A stretch of DNA of 64,000 bases, taken from assembly GCA_934120265.1 (NCBI GenBank), contig CAKOTU010000003.1:1379-65378 (forward strand). The letters are read 5' to 3'. Source of the stretch: an uncultured Bacilli bacterium. GTDB taxonomy: Bacteria; Bacillota_I; Bacilli_A; RF39; UBA660. A program made the translations under genes and the position numbers. Positions 1 through 11,758 of this stretch are shown here, one piece after another (position 1 is the first letter of the stretch; every line of letters starts with the position of its first letter). The notes under the pieces are model-generated. The model was not told the DNA's origin. It did not search any database and saw only the letters and a program-made list of their open reading frames with translations.

Positions 1-1
1 A

Positions 2-2148
<2,147 letters not shown>

Positions 2149-2150
2149 AG

Positions 2151-2172
2151 AAAAGGGGTATTCCCTTTTTTG
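2151..2172 (+). terminator. Rho-independent terminator after ligA
   Basis: aaaggg-gtatt-cccttt hairpin followed by a T-run. Confidence 0.55.
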
Positions 2173-2214
2173 TTTATTTTTGTTATAATTTTCCTAGAAT
2201 AGCGAGATGATAAT

Positions 2215-2556
2215 ATGAATAATGATAATGATATGATTGAAATATTAGATGATGTTAATGAAAATAATAAGAATAATAATACCTTGAATAATCCATCAAT
2301 TGTTAATAATGATGTTCAATCGCAACAAGGATTATATCAAGAACAACCTGTAAATACATCATCAGTTAATACGGTGCAAAATCAACCTAATGAAGTAAAA
2401 TATGATCCTATAGATAATAATAAAGAAGAAATAAAAATAGAACAAGAATCTGAGAGTGAAAAATCTAAATCAGGTTTAGGTTTTGTTATAGTATTATTTA
2501 TTATTATAGGAGCATTTATATTTGCTCTTCCATATATTGCTAAATATTTTAGATAA
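2215..2556 (+). CDS. Hypothetical Asn/Gln-rich protein with C-terminal TM anchor
   Basis: 113 aa. Low-complexity N/Q-rich N-terminus and one C-terminal hydrophobic helix (GLGFVIVLFIIIGAFIFALPYI). TGtTATAAT extended -10 at 2181-2189. Confidence 0.55.
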   Translation: MNNDNDMIEILDDVNENNKNNNTLNNPSIVNNDVQSQQGLYQEQPVNTSSVNTVQNQPNEVKYDPIDNNKEEIKIEQESESEKSKSGLGFVIVLFIIIGAFIFALPYIAKYFR

Positions 2557-2560
2557 AATT

Positions 2561-2584
2561 AAAACCCCTTTTTAGGGGTTTTTT
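2561..2584. terminator. Bidirectional hairpin terminator between convergent genes
   Basis: aaaacccct-tttt-aggggtttt with A/T runs on both sides. It contains the stop codon of the minus-strand gene. Confidence 0.6.
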
Positions 2585-2874
2585 GATAATTCAATAATTA
2601 TATCCATATCGTCATCATTTGCCATAATATTTTTATGGGTTTGATGACATTTTTGACATTTATAAACAATTTTATAAGTATTTTTAAATTTTTCTATTTT
2701 AATAGGTTCTAGTAGACCATGGCACTTATTTGCTCTGTCACCCGGTAAGATGTCAACATGTTTAGAAAATAAGCAATAAGGACAATGATCCCTAGCTGAA
2801 TATACTAACGGTTCAATAGTTTTTCCACAGTTTTCGCAAACAAAGCTTTCATCTATCATATTAAATCTTTTCAT
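2572..2874 (-). CDS. RNHCP-domain / zinc-ribbon protein
   Basis: 100 aa. Paired CxxC motifs (CENCGK, CPYC, CQKC) and an ARDHCPYC segment resembling the RNHCP motif. Confidence 0.55.
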   Translation of the reverse strand: MKRFNMIDESFVCENCGKTIEPLVYSARDHCPYCLFSKHVDILPGDRANKCHGLLEPIKIEKFKNTYKIVYKCQKCHQTHKNIMANDDDMDIIIELSKNP

Positions 2875-3377
2875 TACTTAATAAATCCATTCTCAATATG
2901 TTTTGTTTCATTTACAAAGATAAAAGCGTTTGGCTCCATTTGCATAATTAAGTCTTTTAATTGTTTAAAAGACTTATGATTTATTTCAATAAACAACATA
3001 TATTTTGTTGACTTATGACCTTTAGCATCAACTACAGATACACCATAACCTTCTTCACGTAGAGCATTTACTAATTTTTTATTTTTTTGACTAATAATTG
3101 CTTGAACACAGAAGTTACTTCTAATAATCTTATTAGAAATAAATCCTCCTAAGTAAGTTCCAATTGCATAACCTCCTGCGTAAGAAAATACAATCCACAA
3201 ACTATTTGTTCCAGTATTTAAAGCCTCTTTAACAACTAGAAACCAAATTGTAACTTCTACAAAACCAATAGCCGCTGCAATTAATCTTTTTCCTTTAACA
3301 GTAAGTAGGGTTCTAATAGTACCCAATGTTACGTCAATAATTCTTCCAAAAAAAACAGTTAAACATAAAACTAACAT
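2874..3377 (-). CDS. UPF0316 / DUF2179-family membrane protein (paralog 1)
   Basis: 167 aa. N-terminal TM helices (RIIDVTLGTIRT…) plus a C-terminal DUF2179-like domain. About 60% identical by eye to the neighbouring gene. Confidence 0.7.
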   Translation of the reverse strand: MLVLCLTVFFGRIIDVTLGTIRTLLTVKGKRLIAAAIGFVEVTIWFLVVKEALNTGTNSLWIVFSYAGGYAIGTYLGGFISNKIIRSNFCVQAIISQKNKKLVNALREEGYGVSVVDAKGHKSTKYMLFIEINHKSFKQLKDLIMQMEPNAFIFVNETKHIENGFIK

Positions 3378-3420
3378 ATAATCACCAAAGTAATTATATC
3401 AAATTAAGTTTTTATTGTCA

Positions 3421-3933
3421 TTATTTTTTTATGTAACCATTTTGCACATATTTTGTTTCATTTACAACTATGAAAGCCTTAGGATCAATTTCTTTAATAA
3501 TCTTTTTTACATGAGAAAAACTTTTGTTATTTATTTCAATGAATAACATATGTTTTATATTTTCATCTTGACCTCTTACATCTATTACAGAAACTCCAAA
3601 ACCTTCTTTTCTTAACGCTTTAACTAGTTCACTACTTTTACCACTAGTAATTATTTGAACACCTAAATTACCTTCAATTAATTTATTTGATAAAATGCCA
3701 CCAATGTATGTACCTACAGAGAAACCAGAAGCATAAGAAAACACTATCCATAAACTATTATTAGTTGTGTTTAAAGCTTCCTTAACAACTAAAAACCATA
3801 CTGTAATTTCAATAAATCCAATAACGCTTGCTATAAAGTTTTGTCCTTTAACTGAAAAAAACGTACGAATAGTACCTAGAGATACATCAATAATACGAAC
3901 AAAAAATATTTTTAAACATAAGAATAGTAACAC
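3421..3933 (-). CDS. UPF0316 / DUF2179-family membrane protein (paralog 2)
   Basis: 170 aa. Same architecture and conserved blocks as 2874-3377 (WFLVVKEALNT, SLWIVFSYA, MLFIEIN, VNETK). Confidence 0.7.
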   Translation of the reverse strand: MLLFLCLKIFFVRIIDVSLGTIRTFFSVKGQNFIASVIGFIEITVWFLVVKEALNTTNNSLWIVFSYASGFSVGTYIGGILSNKLIEGNLGVQIITSGKSSELVKALRKEGFGVSVIDVRGQDENIKHMLFIEINNKSFSHVKKIIKEIDPKAFIVVNETKYVQNGYIKK

Positions 3934-4004
3934 TTAAATCACCCTTTATATTGTGTTTATAATTAAATAATTTATACTTTCATATTATTAATTAGGTGAC
4001 ATTT

Positions 4005-4214
4005 ATGTTAATGCGTATTTTTTTCTTTTTAATTGGTTTTGGGTTAACTATCATAGGATTTGTTTATATTATAAGTTATTTAAATTTATTAACAATAGGG
4101 TATAATTTTTTAGAATATGTAAATTTTATTAGTAGGCGTTTTGAATGTTTATGCGCCTTATTTGGTATTATTACGATGTCTTTAGCAATAAATGTTGCCG
4201 GGAGGAAAAAATAA
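4005..4214 (+). CDS. Small hydrophobic membrane protein
   Basis: About 69 aa from ATG 4005, with aggtga RBS upstream. Two predicted TM helices. Confidence 0.4.
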   Translation: MLMRIFFFLIGFGLTIIGFVYIISYLNLLTIGYNFLEYVNFISRRFECLCALFGIITMSLAINVAGRKK

Positions 4215-4846
4215 TGAACTATATTTATGATATCTTATTAAACTTACAACGAAGACCATATGATTTTTTTGAGTGGAATGAAAGTGATGAAATAATTCAT
4301 GTAAGAAAAATTCCTTTTTTTAGAGTAGAAACCAAAGATTTGTATGACATAAAGAATAATCAAGTAAAATTTGATGATTTGTTTTTAAAAAAAATAAAGA
4401 ATAGATGTGAAGTTTTTACAAATAGAAATGTTAAAGTGTTAAATTATGTGTGTTTATTTAGTGATTCCAAAGAGGCTATTGGAGTAGAGCTAAACGATAA
4501 GGGTGAAAAAGTAAGAAGCAGTAAGTTATTAATCGATGAAGAATTGGATGTAAATGAGGTATGTGATAATATAGAAGTTAGTGAGATTATCTTTAAAGTA
4601 AATAAATTAAAACATCAAACTACTTTTAAAACAAGAAAAGAGTTAAAAATTTATGATTATATTTTAAAACAATTTGTAAGTGATAACTATACTAAATTAA
4701 AATATTTATATTTTGAGTGTTTTGATAAAGAGGAAGATGATTTTTCTAAAATAATAGAAGCGTTAATAACAGAGCTAAACAACAATTGGAATAAAGTTTC
4801 TAAAAATATGTATGACTTTTTTAGATTAAGTTCACAAAGAAAGTAG
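4214..4846 (+). CDS. Hypothetical cytoplasmic protein
   Basis: Start moved to ATG 4214, preceded by gggagga RBS (MNYIYDILLNLQ…). No family recognised. Confidence 0.6.
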   Translation: MNYIYDILLNLQRRPYDFFEWNESDEIIHVRKIPFFRVETKDLYDIKNNQVKFDDLFLKKIKNRCEVFTNRNVKVLNYVCLFSDSKEAIGVELNDKGEKVRSSKLLIDEELDVNEVCDNIEVSEIIFKVNKLKHQTTFKTRKELKIYDYILKQFVSDNYTKLKYLYFECFDKEEDDFSKIIEALITELNNNWNKVSKNMYDFFRLSSQRK

Positions 4847-4900
4847 ACCTTTCTTTTTTTTTTTTGAAATGTTATAATGATAATACTTAGGAGAGGTATT

Positions 4901-5623
4901 ATGGAATATACAGTTACAATTGATAAATTTGAAGGCCCATTAGATTTACTTTTACATTTAATAAAACAATCTGATATAGATATATGTGATATTAGTATTT
5001 TGAAAATTACTGAACAATATATGAACTACATAAATAAGATGGAAGAATTAAATCTAAATATAGCTAGTGAATATTTAATAATGGCCGCTGAACTTATTGA
5101 AATGAAATCCAATATGTTACTTCCTAAACCTAAGTTAGAGGATGATGAGTATGAAGAAGATCCTCGTGAAAAATTAATTAAAAGATTATTAGAGTATCAA
5201 CACTATAAAGAGATTACTAATGAGTTTAAAGATTTAGAATCATCTAGAAAAGAAATGTTTAGTAAAGAGCCAAGTAATCTTGATGAATTTAAAGTAGTAA
5301 ATCTTGATGTTGAAAATGAAGGTAGTGTTAATGATTTGGTTTTAGCTTTTCAAAAATTTTTAGAAAGAAAAGAGCTAGAAAAACCACTTAATACTAAAGT
5401 TACAACAAAAGAGTATTCTGTAAAAGTTAGATGTGATGAAATAAGAAATGTATTAAAAAAGAAAAAGAAAGTTTATTTTGATGAACTTTTTGAAGAGTTT
5501 AATAAAAACTATGTGGTTGTAACATTTCTTTCTATTTTAGATTTAGCTCGTAAACAAGAATTGAAAATAGAACAAGAAAACAATTTTGAAAAAATATTTT
5601 TATTATCTAAAGGTTGTGAATAA
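4901..5623 (+). CDS. scpA: Segregation and condensation protein A (kleisin)
   Basis: Start at ATG 4901 after aggagagg RBS. N-terminal FEGPLDLLLHLI motif is typical of ScpA. Followed by scpB. Confidence 0.85.
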   Translation: MEYTVTIDKFEGPLDLLLHLIKQSDIDICDISILKITEQYMNYINKMEELNLNIASEYLIMAAELIEMKSNMLLPKPKLEDDEYEEDPREKLIKRLLEYQHYKEITNEFKDLESSRKEMFSKEPSNLDEFKVVNLDVENEGSVNDLVLAFQKFLERKELEKPLNTKVTTKEYSVKVRCDEIRNVLKKKKKVYFDELFEEFNKNYVVVTFLSILDLARKQELKIEQENNFEKIFLLSKGCE

Positions 5624-5624
5624 G

Positions 5625-6188
5625 ATGAATTTAGAAAGTATATTAGAAGGTATTATATTCGTATCTGGTGATGAAGGTATAAGTTTAAAACAAATTTCAG
5701 AAGTATTAGAAAAACCTGAAGAAGATGTTTTAAAACTTCTTGATCTATTAAAAGAAGAATATAAGAAAGATAATCATGGATTATCATTAGAATTATTAGG
5801 TGGTAACTATAAGTTTGTTACTAAAAAAGAATGTCATGAATATTTAGAAAAGTTAGTAGAAGTAGAAGAAAATGGTGTTTTAAGTCAATCAGCACTTGAA
5901 ACTTTGGCCATAATCGCGTATAATGAACCTATAACACGTATTCAAATTGATGAAATAAGAGGAGTTAACAGCAGTTATGTCTTAAGAAAACTTTTACTTA
6001 GAGATCTGATTAAGGAAGTTGGTAGATCTGATTTACCAGGGAAACCATTTCTTTATGCAACAACTCCTAAGTTTTTAGATTACTTTGGTCTTTCTTCAAT
6101 AGATGAATTACCTAAAATAGAAATTGAAGATAGCGAAGTCGTTGATGAAACTAATTTATTTGAATCAAAGTATAAAGAGGAAGATTAA
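5625..6188 (+). CDS. scpB: Segregation and condensation protein B
   Basis: Start at ATG 5625 (MNLESILEGIIFVSGDEGIS). Two winged-helix repeats. Position directly after scpA. Confidence 0.85.
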   Translation: MNLESILEGIIFVSGDEGISLKQISEVLEKPEEDVLKLLDLLKEEYKKDNHGLSLELLGGNYKFVTKKECHEYLEKLVEVEENGVLSQSALETLAIIAYNEPITRIQIDEIRGVNSSYVLRKLLLRDLIKEVGRSDLPGKPFLYATTPKFLDYFGLSSIDELPKIEIEDSEVVDETNLFESKYKEED

Positions 6189-6199
6189 TCCTCTAATAT

Positions 6200-6285
6200 G
6201 CCGGTATGATGGAATTGGTAGTCATGCTTGACTCAAAATCAAGTGGGTTCTACCCGTGTCGGTTCGAGTCCGACTACCGGTACCA
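6200..6285 (+). tRNA. tRNA-Leu (anticodon CAA), long variable arm, encoded CCA
   Basis: Acceptor gccggta / taccggt, anticodon stem cttga/tcaag with loop ctCAAaa, T-arm ggttcgagtcc, 3' ACCA. Confidence 0.9.
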
Positions 6286-6296
6286 AGTTGACAATG

Positions 6297-6327
6297 AACT
6301 CTAACTTATAAAAAGTTAGAGTTTTTA
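6297..6327 (+). terminator. Rho-independent terminator after tRNA-Leu
   Basis: aactctaactt-ataaa-aagttagagtt followed by ttttt. Confidence 0.65.
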
Positions 6328-6385
6328 GTAATATTAGATAAACAAGTATAAATTATGATATAATGCAAATGGGAGGTTATTTTTT

Positions 6386-7336
6386 ATGAATTATAGTGTA
6401 AAAGAATTAAGAGAAAACCTTCTTGAACGTATTTTGGGGTTAGAAATAGATACAAAGTTTTTAGAAAATCCAGTTTTTCCTGTAATTATTTCTTACATAG
6501 ATAGTTTAATTAGGATAATGAATATGTTTGAAGTTGAGGATATAATAATTGTTAGGGAAGAAGAAGGCAGTATATCGTTTAAGTGGCCTTCCAATACTGG
6601 TGATAAATATACATTCACTATTTTAAGTTCAGACCTAGGAAGTTTTAGATGTATAAAAACTGAAGAGAAAAAGCCAGTTGTTAGAACAAATGAGATGCTT
6701 TTTAAATCAAGAAATATTATAGAAATTGTAGTAACTATGGATGAAGTAGGCTCTATTAGTTTAACTACTAATTGTTCTATGGCTGATAATATTGATTGTA
6801 AATCATTGCAGTGTAATAATTATACTTGGTCTCAAAGAGAATGCTATACAGCTAAAGGTGTTATGAATGCTAAAGGATATAAAACATATTCAAGAAGAAA
6901 AATGTCTGAAGATTTTGATAAAGCAACAATTGATTCAATGCTTTATATTCCAAGAAAAGCATTTGATTTTGGTTTTTGGTATGATAAATACGAAACAGAA
7001 ACGTTACTAGTAAGGGATAAACTAGATACTGCTAGAATTTTTGTCGAAGATAAAACCAAAGGCCTTAAATATAGAGCAATTACACTTTTAAGTCAACGTC
7101 GAGGATTAAGAGATATGATACTACCTGATTTTTCTGACATGTATCCACAAGATGTAGTTATTTATCCACTATCTCAAGAGGAGATTGATTCAATGATTAA
7201 AAAAGAAAGTAATCCTATAGTAGCGGAAGGATTAAGAGAATATGCAACTGGTAGAAGTACTTATTCGTATAACTCTTCAGAAGATAAAGACTTTATTAGT
7301 GAAGGAATTTCAAAATCTAAAATTTTATCAAAATAA
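6386..7336 (+). CDS. Hypothetical soluble protein
   Basis: 316 aa, gggagg RBS, no TM segments and no recognised motif. Confidence 0.6.
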   Translation: MNYSVKELRENLLERILGLEIDTKFLENPVFPVIISYIDSLIRIMNMFEVEDIIIVREEEGSISFKWPSNTGDKYTFTILSSDLGSFRCIKTEEKKPVVRTNEMLFKSRNIIEIVVTMDEVGSISLTTNCSMADNIDCKSLQCNNYTWSQRECYTAKGVMNAKGYKTYSRRKMSEDFDKATIDSMLYIPRKAFDFGFWYDKYETETLLVRDKLDTARIFVEDKTKGLKYRAITLLSQRRGLRDMILPDFSDMYPQDVVIYPLSQEEIDSMIKKESNPIVAEGLREYATGRSTYSYNSSEDKDFISEGISKSKILSK

Positions 7337-7442
7337 ACATTATGGGGATTTTTAGATAAAGATATTGATGACAACTATTAAATTAGTTGTTTTTTTTTTA
7401 TAAAAAATAAGGTATACTATATATAGAATAGAGGTGGTAAAG

Positions 7443-9038
7443 ATGATACTTAGAAAACCATATGCATTTTTAATTAAACATTTTAAGTTAATTCATTTTA
7501 TTATGGCATTATGTATGGGAGTTTTATTATATCAAACTACCATCTTACAAAACTTCTTTAATGAATTTGCAGGTTCTACACAAGTTATAGTAGATACAGA
7601 TATTGCTAATGTATTATTAGGTGGATATATATACATATTTCCTGTACTAGTTGTTATAATGTCACTTATAGTTTTAGTTCTTATGTCATTAAAAGATAAA
7701 CCAAGATTATATTATTTATTAAATATCGTTACATATATAGGTTTAATAGTTCTTTATATATATGCATCGTCAACAATTGGAACAATGCAAAAGGAAATTG
7801 TTGATGAAAGAATAGTTCGTGCCATTCGTGATCTTTTAAATTTAGGTTTTATTGTACAACTTTATACTTTATTTATTTCTCTTATAAGAAGTATAGGTAT
7901 TGATGTAAAAAAATTTGATTTTAGAGAAGATGCGGAAGCTTTAAACTTAAATGTTGGTGATAGTGAAGAGTTTGAAGTAAACATTGAATTTGATTCACAA
8001 ACATTAAAGAGAAATATTAAAAGACAATATCGTGATTTTAAATATTATTTTGTGGAAAATAAGTATTTTCTTTTAATCATTTTAGCAATTATAGTTGTAT
8101 TGTTTTCTATATCCATAATTAAAAATATTACTAGTACAACTAAAAAGTATAGTGTTAATCAAGTATTTAATGTTATTGGTTATAATATGGCTATAGAAAA
8201 TGCATATTTGATTGATAGTGATACTAAATTAAATAAAGTTACCGAAGAAAATAACAGTTTAGTGGTAGTTAAATTTAGAATAAGGACATTAAATAAAACC
8301 GAAAAATTTGTTTTTGGTAAGCTTGCATTACAAATTGGTAATACTAAGTATTATCACAATAATAAATATGCCAGTGCGGTAACAGATTTGGGTACATCTT
8401 ATATAAATCAAAAATTAACTGATGAATTTCAAGAATTTGTTCTTATTTATGAGGTACCTAGTTCTTTAGAAAAAAATGATATGAAATTAGTTTACACAGA
8501 ACAACTCGTAAAGGGAATGTTTAGTAATAAAACGGATGATAAAATAATTCCTATAGCAGTTACTAACTTAAAAGAGAAAAAGGATGAAGAAAGAATTATG
8601 CTTAATCAAGAATACACATTTGGTGGGGGACTATTAAATGCGTACGAATTAAAGTTTAGTGAATTGTCATTAAATAGTGATTATCATATAGGTTATAAAG
8701 TTTGTGTTAGTAATGGTACTGAGTGTTATGATTATTATGAAGTTGTTCAACCAAAATTAAGTGGTAATATTGATAAAGCTATTTTTAAAGTATCAGGCCA
8801 GTTAAATGTCCCTGAAAATGGAAATATTAACTCACTTGATAAACTAATTACTTCTTTTGGTAGTTTGGTTTATAAAACAAAAGGGATAGAAAAAAAATAT
8901 CAGTTAAAAGATCAATATAATAAGACTCATGATGATGGCAATTATTATTTTGAAATAAATAAAGAGATATTAAATGCAGAAGAAGTAAACTTAGTTTTAG
9001 ATGTTAGAAATAATAAATATATAATTAAAGTAAAATAG
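7443..9038 (+). CDS. Polytopic membrane protein with large C-terminal extracytoplasmic domain
   Basis: ATG 7443 after agaggtgg RBS. About 5 N-terminal TM helices, a further TM near residue 215, then a hydrophilic domain of about 300 aa. Confidence 0.6.
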   Translation: MILRKPYAFLIKHFKLIHFIMALCMGVLLYQTTILQNFFNEFAGSTQVIVDTDIANVLLGGYIYIFPVLVVIMSLIVLVLMSLKDKPRLYYLLNIVTYIGLIVLYIYASSTIGTMQKEIVDERIVRAIRDLLNLGFIVQLYTLFISLIRSIGIDVKKFDFREDAEALNLNVGDSEEFEVNIEFDSQTLKRNIKRQYRDFKYYFVENKYFLLIILAIIVVLFSISIIKNITSTTKKYSVNQVFNVIGYNMAIENAYLIDSDTKLNKVTEENNSLVVVKFRIRTLNKTEKFVFGKLALQIGNTKYYHNNKYASAVTDLGTSYINQKLTDEFQEFVLIYEVPSSLEKNDMKLVYTEQLVKGMFSNKTDDKIIPIAVTNLKEKKDEERIMLNQEYTFGGGLLNAYELKFSELSLNSDYHIGYKVCVSNGTECYDYYEVVQPKLSGNIDKAIFKVSGQLNVPENGNINSLDKLITSFGSLVYKTKGIEKKYQLKDQYNKTHDDGNYYFEINKEILNAEEVNLVLDVRNNKYIIKVK

Positions 9039-9047
9039 GAGGTATAT

Positions 9048-9710
9048 ATGAAAAAATTTATAAAAATAATTTTGTTTACATTTCTTATAATACTTCCTGT
9101 TAAAGTTTTTGGCGCGTGTACTGTTGATGATAAAGTTCGTTATTTAACACTTGCTTCTAATATCACAACTAGTTATGATTATACTGAAGCTAATAATAAA
9201 GTTACTTTTTCTATAACTATTCATAATGTTCACAAAGACCTGGTAGTAAAAGATAACGTTAATAATAAAAATTATAGTAGCAATAGAAATAGTTTAAATA
9301 ACTATACAATTACTAATTTAAAAGATGGAACTAATTATTCGTTTAGTGTGTATGCAAAAAGTGGAGATTGTTCTTATAAATTATTGAATACTGTTTATGT
9401 TAATTTACCTAAATATAATAAGTATTATAAAGATTCTGTTTGCGATGGAATAGAGAGTTATAACTTATGTCAAAGATGGGGAGAAATTGGAGATATGAGT
9501 TATGAAAATTTTAAAGCAAAAGTAGAAGAATATAAAAAGAAAACTGCTATCGAGGAAGAACCAAAAAGCGATGATAATAAAACAACATCAATAATTGAAA
9601 TATTGGGAGATTTTTGGGCAAAATATTATTTGTATATCACAATCGGAACAATTGTTTTATTAACTCCAATAATAATTATTGTGAATAAGAGAAATAGCTA
9701 TGATTTTTAA
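9048..9710 (+). CDS. Secreted or lipobox-like protein with FN3-like segment and C-terminal TM anchor
   Basis: 220 aa. Signal peptide ending VFGAC, a YTITNLKDGTNYSFSVYA stretch reminiscent of fibronectin type III, and a C-terminal helix followed by KRN. Confidence 0.55.
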   Translation: MKKFIKIILFTFLIILPVKVFGACTVDDKVRYLTLASNITTSYDYTEANNKVTFSITIHNVHKDLVVKDNVNNKNYSSNRNSLNNYTITNLKDGTNYSFSVYAKSGDCSYKLLNTVYVNLPKYNKYYKDSVCDGIESYNLCQRWGEIGDMSYENFKAKVEEYKKKTAIEEEPKSDDNKTTSIIEILGDFWAKYYLYITIGTIVLLTPIIIIVNKRNSYDF

Positions 9711-9743
9711 AGTGTAAATAAAAAAAAATAAATGAGAAAAAAA

Positions 9744-9772
9744 TTGACTATATAAAAAAAATAAATTATAAT
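9744..9772 (+). promoter_or_regulatory. Consensus sigma-A-type promoter upstream of the Tad-like operon
   Basis: TTGACT (9744-9749), 17-nt spacer, TATAAT (9767-9772), 25 nt upstream of the cpaB-like start. Confidence 0.6.
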
Positions 9773-9797
9773 GTCATTAGAATGGAGAGGGTAGCGA

Positions 9798-10580
9798 ATG
9801 AAAAATTTTGGAAATTCACTAAAAAGATTTATAAAAAACAAAAATACAATTACGATTTTAGGTGTACTTGTTATTGTAGGTTTACTTTATTTTGGGTATA
9901 CTTATCAAATAAATACACAAGTAAAACCTGTTAGAGTAGCGGTTGCTTCAACAACTATTCAACCAAGAACATTGATTAAAGACGATATGGTTACTTATGT
10001 TGAGGTTCCACAATCAGCAATCACAAGTAATGTAATTAGATCTTCTGCAGCAATTGTAGGACAATATTCAAATTATAATACAATTATTCCTGCAGGAAGC
10101 ATGTTTTATAAAGAAACTGTAATTAGTGCGGATGAATTACCAGATTCTGCTTTTGTTGATGTTAAAGAGGGTCAAAGACCTTATCAATTCCCAGTTAGTA
10201 TGGAAAGTACTTATGGAAACTCTATTTTCCCTGGTAATAGAATTGATATTTACATGAAAGCCGTAGATGATCAAGGACAAGTAATGGTTGGAAAATTACT
10301 TGAGAATGTAGAAGTATTAGGTGTAAAAGATAGTAGCGGTAAAAACGTATTTGAAAACTCTGAAGAAAATCGTACACCAGCATATTTAATATTTGGTGTA
10401 TCAGAAGAAATACATTTATTATTAAGAAAGGCTGAATACTTATATTCATATTCAGTAGAACTATTCCCAGTACCATATGGTAGTGTAGCGCCAACTGAAG
10501 GAGATACAAAAGTTAGTACAGAATATTTAAGAAACTTTATTAATTCTAAGACTGTAAATTTACCTACAGAAGGAGCTTAG
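9798..10580 (+). CDS. cpaB: Flp pilus assembly protein CpaB/RcpC-like
   Basis: 260 aa. N-terminal TM, SAF-like segment (VAVASTTIQPRTLIKDDM), C-terminal beta-rich domain. Sits directly before the CpaF-like ATPase. Confidence 0.7.
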   Translation: MKNFGNSLKRFIKNKNTITILGVLVIVGLLYFGYTYQINTQVKPVRVAVASTTIQPRTLIKDDMVTYVEVPQSAITSNVIRSSAAIVGQYSNYNTIIPAGSMFYKETVISADELPDSAFVDVKEGQRPYQFPVSMESTYGNSIFPGNRIDIYMKAVDDQGQVMVGKLLENVEVLGVKDSSGKNVFENSEENRTPAYLIFGVSEEIHLLLRKAEYLYSYSVELFPVPYGSVAPTEGDTKVSTEYLRNFINSKTVNLPTEGA

Positions 10581-10583
10581 TTT

Positions 10584-11747
10584 ATGGAAGAGTCAGTTTT
10601 CTCTCAAATAGACTTTGGACCATTAACACAGTATTTACAGAATGATGATGTTACAGATATTTCGTACAGTAATGGGGGGCAGATTTGGTTAAAGACGCTA
10701 TCTCATGGTATATTTAGAATAGAAAATCCAAACATTAATAATGCTTTTATGGAGAAGTTAGCATTTCAATGTTCTAACGTAATGGGTACAACATTTAATA
10801 TGGCTCATCCTTTCTTGGATGCAGAGAGTGCTGAATTACGTTTGAACTTTGTTCACGATTCCATAGCTAAAAATGGAGTAGCAGCAGTTTTACGTAAAAC
10901 TCCTGCGAAAATAAGATTACAAAAAGATAAAATTATTGCAGAAAACTATATTACAATTGAAATACATGATTTCTTGATGAAATGTGTGCAAGGACATTGC
11001 AATATTCTAGTGTGTGGAGAAACTGGTTCTGGTAAAACAGAATTTGTTAAATACTTAGGGGCTCATATTGCAGAAAATGAAAAGATTATCACAATTGAGG
11101 ATACCTTAGAGTTACACCTTGATAGAATATTCCCACATCGTGATATAGTGGCGATGAAAACAAATAATATTGCATCTTATTCAGATGTATTAGTAACTTG
11201 TATGCGTCAGAACCCTAAATGGATATTACTATCCGAGGTTCGTAGTGCAGAAGCTGTTATGGCAGTTAGAAACTCAATTTCTTCTGGACATAACATTTTA
11301 TCAACAATACATGCTGATAAAGCAAGTTCAATTCCAATGCGTATGTATAGTTTGCTAGAAACAAATCAAGATGTAGATCAATTTGTTAAAACAATTCATA
11401 GATATGTACAACTTGGAGTTATGATAAGAGGATATCAAAGTAAACAAAGTGGTAAGTTCGTACGTGAAATTGGTGAAGTTTGTGAGTTCTATGTAGATGA
11501 AAAAACAAATGAAGCTAAGACTAATTCTATTTATAAAAAAGGTATAGATGGAAAAGTATATCGTAGTAATCCAACCAAATATTTACTCGATTATTTATCT
11601 GCTCAGGGTGTAATAGTTGAACCTGATGCAATAGTAAAAGAAGAAGACAATGATAAAGAAGAAACTATAAATAATAATATTAATAACGCTGTTAAAGATA
11701 ATGAAGATGTTATTGATATTAAAGATGATGATATTATTTTTGAATAG
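10584..11747 (+). CDS. cpaF: CpaF/TadA-type secretion ATPase (VirB11 superfamily)
   Basis: 387 aa. Walker A VCGETGSGKTE, Asp box ITIEDTLEL, Walker B ILLSEVRSAEA, His box GHNILSTIHA. Confidence 0.85.
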   Translation: MEESVFSQIDFGPLTQYLQNDDVTDISYSNGGQIWLKTLSHGIFRIENPNINNAFMEKLAFQCSNVMGTTFNMAHPFLDAESAELRLNFVHDSIAKNGVAAVLRKTPAKIRLQKDKIIAENYITIEIHDFLMKCVQGHCNILVCGETGSGKTEFVKYLGAHIAENEKIITIEDTLELHLDRIFPHRDIVAMKTNNIASYSDVLVTCMRQNPKWILLSEVRSAEAVMAVRNSISSGHNILSTIHADKASSIPMRMYSLLETNQDVDQFVKTIHRYVQLGVMIRGYQSKQSGKFVREIGEVCEFYVDEKTNEAKTNSIYKKGIDGKVYRSNPTKYLLDYLSAQGVIVEPDAIVKEEDNDKEETINNNINNAVKDNEDVIDIKDDDIIFE

Positions 11748-11758
11748 GAGGTATATAT

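Noticed and set aside
4145-4213. Upstream 23-codon extension of the 4214 gene, overlapping the small membrane ORF
   Set aside because: A strong GGGAGGA RBS precedes the internal ATG at 4214. The extension has no RBS and overlaps the preceding ORF.
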